A stretch of 64,000 nt of DNA from Gemmatimonadota bacterium (GTDB lineage: Bacteria > Gemmatimonadota > Gemmatimonadetes > Gemmatimonadales > GWC2-71-9), in contig JBBIUN010000008.1 in NCBI GenBank assembly GCA_037440225.1, positions 51,225-115,224 on the forward strand, given 5' to 3'. Positions 1 to 9,342 of this stretch are shown in pieces. Position 1 is the first letter of the stretch; the number at the start of each line of letters is the position of its first letter. Below the pieces are notes generated by a model. The model did no database searches and was not told the origin of the DNA. It saw only the letters and a list, made by a program, of their open reading frames with translations. Both the position numbers and the translations under genes were made by a program.

Positions 1-1
1 G

Positions 2-295
2 CTGGTGGGCGGGTTGGGCGTGGTAGCGGGTGCCAACCTCGGGGAGCGGGCGGCTATCTTCGAGGCGGTGCACGGCTCGGCGCCGGACATTGCCGGGCGG
101 GGGATCGCCAATCCCTCGGCGCTGATCTTGGCCGCCTGCATGATGCTCGATCACGTGGGCCAGCGCGAGGTGGCGGGGCGGATTCGGCGGGCCTTGGAGG
201 AGACGCTGCGCGAGGGATGGGTGCGCACCCCGGACTTGGGAGGGCATGCTTCGACGCAGGTTTTCGCAGACGCCGTTCGTCGCCGGCTTGCTTGA
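2..295 (+). CDS. isocitrate/isopropylmalate dehydrogenase family protein, C-terminal fragment (5' end outside window)
   Basis: Frame is open from the window edge. '[32 protein letters not shown]' and 'TPDLGG..ST' are conserved C-terminal motifs of beta-decarboxylating dehydrogenases. The fragment cannot separate Icd from LeuB or homoisocitrate DH. Confidence 0.8.
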   Translation: MVGGLGVVAGANLGERAAIFEAVHGSAPDIAGRGIANPSALILAACMMLDHVGQREVAGRIRRALEETLREGWVRTPDLGGHASTQVFADAVRRRLA

Positions 296-557
296 GCACG
301 AATGCCCGCGGTGCCACCGTCCGGTGGAGCTGCCGTTCGGGACCCTCTGCCGAGCCTGCCGGGGCGAGATCGAGCGCAAGGCGGCGCGATTGGCGCACCT
401 GGTGGCGGGGCTCAGCACGGCCGGGCTGGCGCTGTACGCGTTGCTGCGCCTGCCGCCCGACCCGCGGGCCCGGCTGATGGTCGGCCTGGCGGTGGCGGTC
501 TGGTATGTCCTGGTCAAGCTCACGGTGCAGCGGGCGGCCCGAGAGTTGTGGCCCTAG
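246..557 (+). CDS. small zinc-ribbon membrane protein (hypothetical)
   Basis: '[19 protein letters not shown]' (CxxC-x12-CxxC) is followed by two hydrophobic helices. Start is uncertain: ATG 246 overlaps the upstream gene by 50 nt, and an in-frame TTG at 288 is an alternative. Confidence 0.5.
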   Translation: MLRRRFSQTPFVAGLLEHECPRCHRPVELPFGTLCRACRGEIERKAARLAHLVAGLSTAGLALYALLRLPPDPRARLMVGLAVAVWYVLVKLTVQRAARELWP

Positions 558-573
558 GAGGAGCAGGAGCCGG

Positions 574-1443
574 GTGAGCTTCAGCATCGTGCACTTGGGC
601 GATCCCCACTTTGGCGGCGTGGCGGATCTGGCCCTGATCGAGGGGGTGGAAGCCCTGGTGCCGGACTTGGAGCCCCGGTTGATCGTGGTGGCGGGCGATC
701 TGTCCCAGCGGGCGCGACACGGAGAGTTTCAAGCCGCCCGGGCCTGGGTGCGGGAGCTGGAGCGCACCGCGCCGGTCTACGTGCTGCCGGGCAACCATGA
801 CGTCCAGTGGTGGCGGCGGCCGTTGGTGCCGTTCGGCTCGGAGGCGAAGTACGCCAAGTACCGGAGCTACTTCGGGCCGGACCTCGCGCCCACGATGGTC
901 TTCGGGGAGGCGGTCGTGGCCGGAGTGTTGACGGCGCATGGCGTCTCTTGGGGCTCGCTCACCTTTCGCCTGCGCGACGTGGCCGTCAAAGGTCACCTGC
1001 CCAAGCGCGAGATCCGGCGGGTCAAGGCGGTGTTCGATGCGGCCTCCCCGGGCCAGGCACGGGTGCTGGTGGTGCACCACAACGTGCTCCGGGGCGAGTT
1101 GTCGGGCCGCATGGGGCTGGCGCGCTGGCGCGGGGCCCAGCGCCGCATCGTCCAGTCCGGCGCCGAGGTGGTGCTCTGCGGCCACGATCACCAGGAGCAG
1201 GCGGAGTTCTTGGAGCAGACCGTGGTGGTCTCGTGCGCCGGGACGCTTTCGACCCGCTCGCGGGGCGGCCGCCCGGCGGCCTTCAATCGGGTGCTGATCG
1301 AGGACGATGCGGTGCAAGTGGAGTTCTACCGCTGGGAGGCCCAGGCGAGAGCGTTCCGGCGCTCGGACGTGCACGTCTTCGCGCGGAACCGGCGGGCGGT
1401 GGAGCGCCAGGGCGACGCTCAGGTGGCAGCCGATGTGGCCTGA
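574..1443 (+). CDS. calcineurin-like metallophosphoesterase
   Basis: Motifs 'GDPHFG', 'GDL', 'GNHD', 'VHHN', 'GHDH'. GTG 574 is preceded by GGAGGAG at 557-563. The track start at 505 looks like an upstream extension. Confidence 0.8.
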   Translation: MSFSIVHLGDPHFGGVADLALIEGVEALVPDLEPRLIVVAGDLSQRARHGEFQAARAWVRELERTAPVYVLPGNHDVQWWRRPLVPFGSEAKYAKYRSYFGPDLAPTMVFGEAVVAGVLTAHGVSWGSLTFRLRDVAVKGHLPKREIRRVKAVFDAASPGQARVLVVHHNVLRGELSGRMGLARWRGAQRRIVQSGAEVVLCGHDHQEQAEFLEQTVVVSCAGTLSTRSRGGRPAAFNRVLIEDDAVQVEFYRWEAQARAFRRSDVHVFARNRRAVERQGDAQVAADVA

Positions 1444-2104
1444 CGCCGTGGCCTTGGTCCGCCGGCTGGAACGACTAGGGCTTTCCGGGATCCGGGCGGT
1501 CGAGGTGCACCAGAATCGCACCGTGATGGTGAGCCTCACCCGGCGGGGCGTGCTGCGGGTGCACCGGGGCTACCAGTTCGCGCCCGATCGGGTGCTCGAG
1601 GCCATCGTCCGGTTCGTGAGTCCCGGCGCCCGGCGGCTCGAGCGGTCGCGTGCCCGGCGCGAGCTGTTGGCGTTTCCGGTGGCGTCCTGGTTCCCGCCCG
1701 GACCGCCGCCACGGCGGGAGCGGCCGCAGCCGGGAGACGTACGCCTGCTGGAACGCCTGGGGCGGCTGTGGGGCGAACTCAACCGCGAGCACTTCCAGGC
1801 CCGCCTGGCCCCGGTCCCGATTCGCCTCTCGGGCAGGATGCGCACCCGGCTGGGGGAGCTGGTTCTGGAGGACAGTTCGGGGCGCGCTCGGGAGATCGTG
1901 CTGTCGCGCCGGCACATAAAGCGCGACGGTTGGGCGGAGGTGCGGCAGACGCTGTTGCACGAAATGGTTCACCAGTGGCAGGCGGAGAACGGACTCCCAG
2001 TGGACCACGGGCGCAGCTTCCGAAGGAAAGCGCTGGAAGTGGGCATCGAGCCCGGCTCGCGCCGCATGCTGCGGCGCCGAAGACCTGCAGCCCGGTATCC
2101 GTAA
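1433..2104 (+). CDS. SprT-like zinc metalloprotease domain protein
   Basis: C-terminal 'LLHEMVHQW' HExxH in a SprT-like context ('REHFQARL...IRLSGRMRTRLGE'). ATG 1433 overlaps the upstream stop by 11 nt. Track residues upstream of it look non-protein-like. Confidence 0.7.
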   Translation: MWPDAVALVRRLERLGLSGIRAVEVHQNRTVMVSLTRRGVLRVHRGYQFAPDRVLEAIVRFVSPGARRLERSRARRELLAFPVASWFPPGPPPRRERPQPGDVRLLERLGRLWGELNREHFQARLAPVPIRLSGRMRTRLGELVLEDSSGRAREIVLSRRHIKRDGWAEVRQTLLHEMVHQWQAENGLPVDHGRSFRRKALEVGIEPGSRRMLRRRRPAARYP

Positions 2105-2187
2105 GAAGGGCCGGGCCGGCGGGAGCATGTCCGGCGCCGAGGGCGGGCGCGGGATTCCGCTTTGGGATTGCGACGAGCGAGGGTGCC

Positions 2188-3369
2188 ATGCCGTTTCAGG
2201 GCGTTGACTTCTACGATACCGAGTCGCTGCTCTCCGAAGACGAGCGCGCCGTCCGCGATACGGTGCGCCGGTGGGTGGACGAGCAGGTCATGGGGATCAT
2301 CGGCGAGCACTATGTCCGGGGCGAGTTTCCCCGGCACCTGGTGCCCCAGATGGCCGAACTGGGTCTCTTCGGCGCCAATCTGCCCGAGGAGTATGGCTGC
2401 GCCGGACTCAACAACGTAGCCTACGGCCTCATCATGCAGGAACTGGAGCGGGGGGACTCGGGACTCCGCTCCTTTGCCTCGGTCCAGGGGGCGCTGGTGA
2501 TGTACCCCATCTACCAGTTCGGCTCCGAGGAGCAAAAGCGCCACTGGCTGCCCAAGCTCGCCAGCGGCGAGGTGATCGGCTGCTTTGGCCTGACCGAGCC
2601 GGATTACGGGTCCAATCCCGGAGGCATGATCACCACGGCGCGCCGGACCTCGGGGGGCTGGGTGCTGAACGGCGCCAAGATGTGGATCACCAACGGGTCC
2701 ACGGCCCAGGTGGCGATCATTTGGGCCAAGACCGGCCCGCTGGACGACACCAAGTCCATCCGCGGCTTCATCGTGCCCACCGACGCGCCGGGGTTCACGG
2801 CCAAGGACCAGAAGGGAAAGCTCTCGCTGCGCGCCAGCGATACCAGCGAACTGGTGCTGCAGGACGTTCGGGTGCCGGAGGAGGCGTTGCTGCCCGGGAG
2901 CGCCGGCTTGAAGAGCCCGCTCATGTGCCTGACCCAGGCCCGCTACGGGATCGCCTGGGGCGCCGTGGGAGCGGCCATGGCTTGCTTCGACGAGGCGGTC
3001 CGCTACGCCAAGAGCCGGATCATGTTCGATCGTCCCATCGGCGGCTTCCAGCTCCAGCAGGCGCGCCTGGCGGACATGCTCACCGAGATCACCAAGGCCC
3101 AGCTCCTCTGTGTCCAGTTGGGCCGCCTCAAGGACCAGGGGCGGGCGACGCCGGAACAGGTCTCCCTAGCCAAGCGCAACAACGTCAACATGGCCACCGA
3201 GGTGGCACGCGAAGCGCGCCGGCTGCTGGGGGCCAACGGCATCCTGGCCGAATACCAGGCGATGCGGCACCTCGCCAACCTGGAAAGCGTCTATACCTAC
3301 GAGGGCACGCACGACATTCACACCCTGGTGCTGGGACAGGCCATCACCGGGCTGGACGCCTTCCGGTAA
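2188..3369 (+). CDS. gcdH: glutaryl-CoA dehydrogenase
   Basis: 'FGLTEPDYGSNPGGMITTA', 'GAKMWITNG' and the C-terminal 'NLESVYTYEGTHDIHTLVLGQAITG' match the GCDH subfamily of acyl-CoA dehydrogenases. Start set at ATG 2188 ('MPFQGVDFY'). Confidence 0.9.
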   Translation: MPFQGVDFYDTESLLSEDERAVRDTVRRWVDEQVMGIIGEHYVRGEFPRHLVPQMAELGLFGANLPEEYGCAGLNNVAYGLIMQELERGDSGLRSFASVQGALVMYPIYQFGSEEQKRHWLPKLASGEVIGCFGLTEPDYGSNPGGMITTARRTSGGWVLNGAKMWITNGSTAQVAIIWAKTGPLDDTKSIRGFIVPTDAPGFTAKDQKGKLSLRASDTSELVLQDVRVPEEALLPGSAGLKSPLMCLTQARYGIAWGAVGAAMACFDEAVRYAKSRIMFDRPIGGFQLQQARLADMLTEITKAQLLCVQLGRLKDQGRATPEQVSLAKRNNVNMATEVAREARRLLGANGILAEYQAMRHLANLESVYTYEGTHDIHTLVLGQAITGLDAFR

Positions 3370-3381
3370 ACCGCGCGGCGG

Positions 3382-4206
3382 TCAGCGGCGCCAGAGCGCC
3401 CGCTGAGCCAGGCGGTCCAGGACCGCATCCGGCAGCCACTGCAACATCCGAAATCGCCACCGCCGCCTGACCACCACGACCCGCGCTCTGGGGTGCTTGC
3501 ACGTCAGCGCTTCGAGCACCGCGGTGGCTACCGCTTGCGCCGGGAGGCCGCGCCGGGCCCCGGCTAGGGCCTGGTCCCGGATGAGCGGCAGCAGCGGGGC
3601 GTAAGGGGTATCGCGGTAGCGCGACAGCTCGGCCTCGCCGACCTTGTCCCATATCGGCGTTCGCACGGAGCCGGGCTCGATCACGATGACCCGCACGCCG
3701 CTCGGCGCGAGTTCGCGGCGCAAGCTGTCGGAGAGCGCTTCCAGGGCGAACTTCGAGGCCGAATAGGGTCCGGCGAAGGGCATCGCGATGCGGCCCGAGA
3801 CCGAGCTGATGTTGACAATCCGCCCCCGCCCGCGGGCACGGCGCAGGAGAGGCAGGAAGGCTTGGGTGACGGCCACCACGCCGATCACGTTGACCTCCAG
3901 CACTTGGCGCAACGCTTCCAGCGGGAGGAACTCCAGAGGGCCTGCCGCCGGGATGCCGGCGTTGTTGACCAAGCCCACCAGAGGCCGATCGCCCAAAGCG
4001 GACTCCACGAGCTTCCGCCCCTCGGCAATGCTGGCGCCGTCGGTGACATCCATGAGGATCGGCCTGATGCCCTCCTCGATGAGCTGTCGGGCATCGGCCT
4101 CGCGCCGCACCGTGCCGAAGACTTCGAAGTGGTGTGCCGCCAGCAGGCGCGCCGTCTCTCGCCCGATGCCGCTGGATGCTCCGGTGACCAGCACTCCGCC
4201 CGCCAT
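3382..4206 (-). CDS. short-chain dehydrogenase/reductase (SDR)
   Basis: 'VLVTGASSGIGRE' (TGxxxGxG), 'NNAG', 'YSASKFA' (YxxxK). ATG at 4206 has GAGGA about 9 nt upstream. Confidence 0.85.
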   Translation of the reverse strand: MAGGVLVTGASSGIGRETARLLAAHHFEVFGTVRREADARQLIEEGIRPILMDVTDGASIAEGRKLVESALGDRPLVGLVNNAGIPAAGPLEFLPLEALRQVLEVNVIGVVAVTQAFLPLLRRARGRGRIVNISSVSGRIAMPFAGPYSASKFALEALSDSLRRELAPSGVRVIVIEPGSVRTPIWDKVGEAELSRYRDTPYAPLLPLIRDQALAGARRGLPAQAVATAVLEALTCKHPRARVVVVRRRWRFRMLQWLPDAVLDRLAQRALWRR

Positions 4207-4377
4207 ACCGCGCCATCCTCGAAGGCTGCTGTACCGAAATGGTAACACCGGTGGGCGGCGGACCTAGAGCCTGAAGCCTTGGGAGGCGGCGCGCCGGCCC
4301 GGGCAACGTCGCGGTTGCGAGCGCGGCGCGGGCCGTCTAGACTCCCCGCGGGCTCGAAACTGCAGGAGAGGCATCCC

Positions 4378-4584
4378 GTGGCCGTCATCATCGTGCGGAA
4401 GAACGGTCCCTACCGGGTGCAGGGACCGATTGTGCTCCAGGACCATCAGGGCCGCGACATTCCGCTCCCCGGCGAATTCTTTGCCCTCTGCCGGTGCGGG
4501 CACTCGAAGACCAAACCGTTCTGCGACGGTTCCCACAAGCACGTCGGCTTCTCCGACGAAAACCCGGAGCCGCCCGCCCCGTGA
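4378..4584 (+). CDS. CDGSH-type iron-sulfur domain protein
   Basis: 'CRCGHSKTKPFCDGSH' signature. GTG 4378 follows GCAGGAGAGG. Its stop overlaps the etfB GTG start (GTGA at 4581-4584). Confidence 0.75.
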   Translation: MAVIIVRKNGPYRVQGPIVLQDHQGRDIPLPGEFFALCRCGHSKTKPFCDGSHKHVGFSDENPEPPAP

Positions 4585-5333
4585 ACATCGCCGTCTGCCT
4601 CAAGCGGGTGCCCGACACGGAAACCCGTATCAAGATCGCGCCCGATGGCCGCTCCATGGACGAGGCCGGCGTCAAGTTCGTCCTCAACCCCTACGACGAA
4701 TATGCGGTGGAGGAGGCCCTGCGCCGCAAGGAAGCCGCCGGGGGTGGCGAGGTGGTGGCGGTGGCCTTGGGCCCGGAGGCGGCCCAAGAAACCCTGCGCA
4801 CGGCGCTGGCCATGGGAGCGGACCGCGCCGTCTTGCTCAAGACCGACCAGCGGCCCGCCGATCCCCTGCCGGTGGCCCGAGCCCTGGCCGAGGAGCTGCG
4901 CGCCGGAGGCTACGATCTGATCCTCTTCGGGAAGCTGGCGGTGGACGACGGCGCCCAGGCCGTGGGGCCGATGGTGGCCGAGCTGCTGGGACTCCCGTGC
5001 GTGAGCGCGGTCTCGCATTGGGAGCCGCTGGAAGGCGGGGGCCGGGCCCGGAGGGAAATCGAGGGGGCGGTGGAGGTGGTCGAGGTCAAGCTCCCCGCCG
5101 TGCTCACCGTGGACAAGGGCTTGAACGAGCCGCGCTATCCGGCGCTCAAGGGCATCATGGCGGCAAAAAAGAAGCCTCTCGAGGTCAAGCCGGTCGCTCT
5201 CGATGCCGGAGGGCTGGAGATCGTGCAGTTGGCGTTGCCTCCGGAACGCAAGCCGGGCCGCATCCTGGGCGAGGGCCCCGAGGCGGTGCCGGCCCTGATC
5301 GAAGCCTTGCGAGTGGAAGCGAAGGTGCTGTGA
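4581..5333 (+). CDS. etfB: electron transfer flavoprotein beta subunit
   Basis: 'NIAVCLKRVPDTETRIKI...GVKFVLNPYDEYAVEEAL' is a typical EtfB N-terminus. Stop overlaps the etfA ATG (TGATG at 5331-5335). Confidence 0.9.
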   Translation: MNIAVCLKRVPDTETRIKIAPDGRSMDEAGVKFVLNPYDEYAVEEALRRKEAAGGGEVVAVALGPEAAQETLRTALAMGADRAVLLKTDQRPADPLPVARALAEELRAGGYDLILFGKLAVDDGAQAVGPMVAELLGLPCVSAVSHWEPLEGGGRARREIEGAVEVVEVKLPAVLTVDKGLNEPRYPALKGIMAAKKKPLEVKPVALDAGGLEIVQLALPPERKPGRILGEGPEAVPALIEALRVEAKVL

Positions 5334-6313
5334 TGGGAGGCCTGCTGGTCGTGCTGGAACAGCGGGACGGAGGGCTCAAGAAGGTGTCCTTCGAGGCGCT
5401 GGCCGCCGCGCGCTCGTTGGCCGACCGGCTGGCCGTGGGAGTGGACGCCATCGCCTTGGGCCCCACCAACCTGGACGCCACGCGGGCCGCGCAGTTCGGC
5501 GCCGACGAGGTGGTCATCATTGCCGACGATCGGGTGCGGCTCTACCAGCCTCACTGGTATGTGGGTGCGATCACCGAGCAGGCCAAGACCAAGGACTACC
5601 GGGCGATCGTGCTGCCGGCTACGGCCTTGGGCAAGGACTTGGGGCCCCGGCTGGCGGCCCGGCTGGGCTGGCCCCTGGCCCCCGACGTGACCGAAGTCTC
5701 AGCCGAGGGCTCGGAGCTTTTCGTGACCCGCCCGGTGTACGCGGGAAAAGCCCTCTTGCGGCTCCGGGTGGCTGCTCCGCGGGCCGTGGTTTCGGTACGC
5801 CCCAACAGCTTCACGCCGGTGGAGCAGGGCCGTACCTCGAGCCTGCGACACACCGTGTTGGGGCCGGAAGGCGCGGCTCCGGCGGTGCGCACGGTGGCGC
5901 TCGAAGCACCCGCCGAAGCCAAGCTGGACGTGGCTGAGGCGCCCATCGTGGTCAGCGGCGGGCGGGGCCTCAAGGAGCCGGCCAATTTCAAGCTGCTGGA
6001 AGATCTGGCCCGGGCCCTGGGCGGCGCTGCGGTGGGGGCCTCGCGCGCCGCGGTGGACGCCGGCTGGCGACCCCACGCCGATCAGGTAGGACAGACCGGC
6101 AAGACCGTAAGCCCGACCCTGTACTTTGCCATCGGCATTTCCGGCGCGATCCAGCACCTGGCGGGGATGCGCACCGCCAAGGTCATCGTGGCCATCAACA
6201 AGGACAAGGACGCCCCCATCTTCAAGGTGGCCGACTACGGCATCGTGGGCGACCTGTTCGAGATCGTGCCCCGCCTGACGGAAGAGATCACCAAGCTGCG
6301 CGCCGGAGCTTAG
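5333..6313 (+). CDS. etfA: electron transfer flavoprotein alpha subunit
   Basis: C-terminal FAD-binding region '[48 protein letters not shown]'. The 627-aa track ORF is a chimera with an out-of-frame upstream extension. Confidence 0.9.
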   Translation: MGGLLVVLEQRDGGLKKVSFEALAAARSLADRLAVGVDAIALGPTNLDATRAAQFGADEVVIIADDRVRLYQPHWYVGAITEQAKTKDYRAIVLPATALGKDLGPRLAARLGWPLAPDVTEVSAEGSELFVTRPVYAGKALLRLRVAAPRAVVSVRPNSFTPVEQGRTSSLRHTVLGPEGAAPAVRTVALEAPAEAKLDVAEAPIVVSGGRGLKEPANFKLLEDLARALGGAAVGASRAAVDAGWRPHADQVGQTGKTVSPTLYFAIGISGAIQHLAGMRTAKVIVAINKDKDAPIFKVADYGIVGDLFEIVPRLTEEITKLRAGA

Positions 6314-6316
6314 GCA

Positions 6317-8002
6317 ATGGCGCCGGCCGCTCCGGAGTCCCAGGCGCGCTTCCCCATGGTCCCCGCCGACTACCAGCCGCCGCTCCCGCTGGATCGGCTG
6401 GTGATCCAGGAGCCCGCCGGCTCGGATGCCATCGAGTTGGATGTGCTGTTCGTGGGCGGCGGCCCCGCCAGCCTGGCGGGCGCCATCGCCCTGGCCCAGC
6501 TCATCCGCCGGGACAACGAGGCAGGCGGCGGCCTGGGCGACGTGAGCATCGGCGTGCTGGAGAAGGGCGAGCGGCTGGGCGACCACTGTTTATCCGGCGC
6601 GGTGGTCAACCCGATCGCGTTTCGCGAGCTGTTTCCCGACCTCGGCGATCAGGACTTCCCGTTCGGCCCGCCGGTGGAGAGAGAGGCGGTATATCTCTTG
6701 ACCCCGCGCGGCCAGATACGCCTGCCGACGCCGCCCACGATGCGCAACCAGGGGTGCTACGTGGCATCGCTCTCCGAGATGGTCCGGTGGCTGGGCGAGC
6801 GGGCCGAAGCCCTGGGTGTCAACATCCTGCCCGGATACCCCGCCGGCGCGCTACTGGTCAATGGCCGCCGGGTCGTGGGCGTGCGAACCACCCCCAAGGG
6901 GTTGGATCGGGACGGCCAGCCGGGGCCAGCATACCAACCCTCGGCAGACGTCACCGCCAAAGTCACGGCGCTGGGCGAGGGGAGCCGCGGGATGCTGACC
7001 CAGGCGTATCTCGAATGGCAGGGCATTAGCTCGCCAAACCCCCAGATCTACGCGCTCGGCGTCAAGGAGCTGTGGGAGACCAAGCAGCCGCTCGATCGGG
7101 TGATCCACACCATGGGCTGGCCGCTGCCCGGATACGCCTTCGGTGGGAGCTTCATGTACCCGCTCGAGGCCAACCTCGTGGCCTTGGGACTGGTGGTGGG
7201 CTTGGACGCGCCCGACGCCGCCCTCGACGTCCACGGACTGCTCCAGCGCCTCAAGCTCCATCCGTTCGTCCGCCGCTACCTGGAAGGCGGCGAACTGATC
7301 GAGTGGGGTGCCAAGACCATTCCCGAGGGCGGCTACTACGCGCTGCCCGAGCGGCGCTACGGAGACGGGCTGGTCATCCTGGGCGATGCTGCAGGGTTCG
7401 TCAACGTTCCGGCGCTCAAGGGCATTCACTACGCCATGCAATCGGGCATCTTCGCGGCGCGGGCCATCTTCGAGGCGCTGAAGCGCAACGACCCCTCCTC
7501 CGCCACGCTCGCCGCCTACGACCGGCTGGTGGACGGCTCCGCCATTCGGCAAGACCTCTACCGCACCCGCAACATGCGGCTGGCCTTCAAGGACGGCCTC
7601 TACGTCGGGGCGCTCAAGGCCGGCCTCATGACCTTGACCCGCGGCCGGTTCCCCGGGCGGCGGATCGCCCTGCACGCAGACGCCCGGTCGCCGCGCACGC
7701 GCGCGACACCGGTCGCCTACACGCCCGACGGCAAACTCACGTTCAGCAAGCTGGACGCGGTCTTCCGCTCGGGAAACACGACCCGGGATACCATCCCCTC
7801 GCACCTGGTTCCGGGTGCCACGATCCCCAGGAACGTGGCCGAGCTGTATGCCAGCCTCTGTCCCGCAGGGGTGTACGAGTGGGTGGACGGGCGGCTCCGC
7901 ATCAACCCGCCGAACTGTGTGGACTGCAAGGCCACCGACGTTCTGGGCCCGCGCTGGACACCCCGCGAGGGGGGTAGCGGCCCCAAGTACCGCCGGATGT
8001 AG
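6317..8002 (+). CDS. electron transfer flavoprotein-ubiquinone oxidoreductase (ETF-QO)
   Basis: N-terminal FAD fold 'VLFVGGGPASLAGA'. C-terminal 4Fe-4S region 'CPAGVYEW...NPPNCVDCKATD' and 'W..PEGGSGP.Y..M' tail typical of ETF-QO. Confidence 0.9.
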   Translation: MAPAAPESQARFPMVPADYQPPLPLDRLVIQEPAGSDAIELDVLFVGGGPASLAGAIALAQLIRRDNEAGGGLGDVSIGVLEKGERLGDHCLSGAVVNPIAFRELFPDLGDQDFPFGPPVEREAVYLLTPRGQIRLPTPPTMRNQGCYVASLSEMVRWLGERAEALGVNILPGYPAGALLVNGRRVVGVRTTPKGLDRDGQPGPAYQPSADVTAKVTALGEGSRGMLTQAYLEWQGISSPNPQIYALGVKELWETKQPLDRVIHTMGWPLPGYAFGGSFMYPLEANLVALGLVVGLDAPDAALDVHGLLQRLKLHPFVRRYLEGGELIEWGAKTIPEGGYYALPERRYGDGLVILGDAAGFVNVPALKGIHYAMQSGIFAARAIFEALKRNDPSSATLAAYDRLVDGSAIRQDLYRTRNMRLAFKDGLYVGALKAGLMTLTRGRFPGRRIALHADARSPRTRATPVAYTPDGKLTFSKLDAVFRSGNTTRDTIPSHLVPGATIPRNVAELYASLCPAGVYEWVDGRLRINPPNCVDCKATDVLGPRWTPREGGSGPKYRRM

Positions 8003-8008
8003 GGCAGG

Positions 8009-8031
8009 CCGGCGGCTGCGGCGCCCGCCGG
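8009..8031. terminator. GC hairpin between convergent ETF-QO and moeA genes
   Basis: CCGGCGG (8009-8015) / CCGCCGG (8025-8031) inverted repeat with a 9-nt loop, in the 40-nt convergent gap. No U-tract. Confidence 0.3.
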
Positions 8032-8042
8032 GGCTCCGGCGT

Positions 8043-9338
8043 CTAGAACGGCGGTTCCGGCGTGTGCACCGGTTCGTCCAGGAGCATGGCGTTCAGCGTT
8101 TCCCCTTCCCGAACCTGCAAGCGATCCTCCGGGACGATCAAGAGCGCGTTCGCCTTGGCCATGGAGGTGAGGATCCCCGAGCCCTGAGGGCCGGTGAGCG
8201 CGGCCCATCGCGTGCCGTCGGGCTTCTCGCTCACCACGGCTCGCAGGAAATGCCGCAGCGGGACGCCAAGCGAGATCGGCTCGGCCAGGGTGACGGGCAC
8301 TGTTCGCCGGAACAGGTTCGTGTGGCCCAAGAGCTTCCGAATGGCCGGCCGCGCGAACAGCTCGAAGGTCACCATGGTGCTCACCGGGTTGCCGGGCAGG
8401 CCGATCCACGGCAGCGCCCCGATGAGCCCGAACCCAACCGGGGCGCCAGGCCGCATCCTCACCCGCCAGAACGTGAGCGTGGCGCCCGCCTCTTCTAAAG
8501 CCTGCCGGACGTAGTCGTGCTCGCCCACGCTCAGGCCCGCGGAGGTGAGCAAGAGATCGCTGGTGAAGGCGGCCCTGATGCGGGCGCGTAAATCGTCGAG
8601 GCTGTCCTTGGCGATCCCCAGGTTGACCGGCTCGGCGCCGGCGCGCCGAATCATGGCCTGCAGGGTGTAGGTGTTGGAGGAGGCGATCTTGTGGCCCTTG
8701 AGGATGGCGTCGCGCTCGTCCAACTCGGCGATCTCGTTTCCCGAACCGAAGAACGCCACCCGCGGCTGGCGGTGCACGAACACCTCCGCCTCGCCGATGG
8801 AAGCCAGCACGCCCAATTGGGCCGGGCCGAGGAGCGTTCCTCGGGTGAGAACCCGGCTTCCCTTCCGGATGTCCTCTCCCCGGCGCCGCACGTTGCGGCC
8901 CACGTCCCGGGTGCGGTTGATGCGCACCCGATTCCCGTCGAGCGGCGTGGCGTCCTCCTGGCGGATCACGCTGTCGGCGCCGGCGGGAAGCGGAGCACCG
9001 GTGAAGATGCGGGCGCATTGGCCGGGCCCCAGCGGTCTCGAGGGAAAGCGGCCCGCGGGGATGGTCTCGATCACTTCGAGTTCCCTGCCCTCCGCCGCGG
9101 CGCCGGAGAAATCGCCACTCTGCACCGCGTAGCCGTCCATGGCGGAATTGTCCCACGCCGGGATATCCAGCGGGCTCTGCACGTCGCTTGCCAGCACCCG
9201 ATCCAGAGCCTCCGGCAAGGGGATGCATTCGATCGGGAGGGGCTGGATGGTCGAGACGATCTGGCGGGCCGCTTCCGCGGGGGTCAAAGGCGGGATCTCG
9301 GAGCCCGGACCGGGGGGTGCGGAGGGGGCGCCGGACAT
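8043..9338 (-). CDS. moeA: molybdopterin molybdenumtransferase
   Basis: 'PLDIPAWDNSAMDGYAV', 'TGAPLPAGADSVI', 'LLLTSAGLSVGEHDY', 'PGNPVS' MoeA motifs. Start set at ATG 9338. Confidence 0.9.
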   Translation of the reverse strand: MSGAPSAPPGPGSEIPPLTPAEAARQIVSTIQPLPIECIPLPEALDRVLASDVQSPLDIPAWDNSAMDGYAVQSGDFSGAAAEGRELEVIETIPAGRFPSRPLGPGQCARIFTGAPLPAGADSVIRQEDATPLDGNRVRINRTRDVGRNVRRRGEDIRKGSRVLTRGTLLGPAQLGVLASIGEAEVFVHRQPRVAFFGSGNEIAELDERDAILKGHKIASSNTYTLQAMIRRAGAEPVNLGIAKDSLDDLRARIRAAFTSDLLLTSAGLSVGEHDYVRQALEEAGATLTFWRVRMRPGAPVGFGLIGALPWIGLPGNPVSTMVTFELFARPAIRKLLGHTNLFRRTVPVTLAEPISLGVPLRHFLRAVVSEKPDGTRWAALTGPQGSGILTSMAKANALLIVPEDRLQVREGETLNAMLLDEPVHTPEPPF

Positions 9339-9342
9339 AGGC

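Noticed and set aside
4430-6313. Very long ORFs that look like large fusion proteins: 4430-6313, 26574-28670, 43187-45202, 48995-51340, 9343-10488, 9846-11360, 1768-3369 and 55540-58080.
   Set aside because: Only the C-terminal part of each matches a family (etfA, rhodanese, purD, glmS, mobB, mobA, gcdH, lipoprotein). The N-terminal part overlaps a well-supported neighbouring gene in another frame or strand. I re-set starts at the family N-terminus, supported by SD boxes or 4-nt overlaps.
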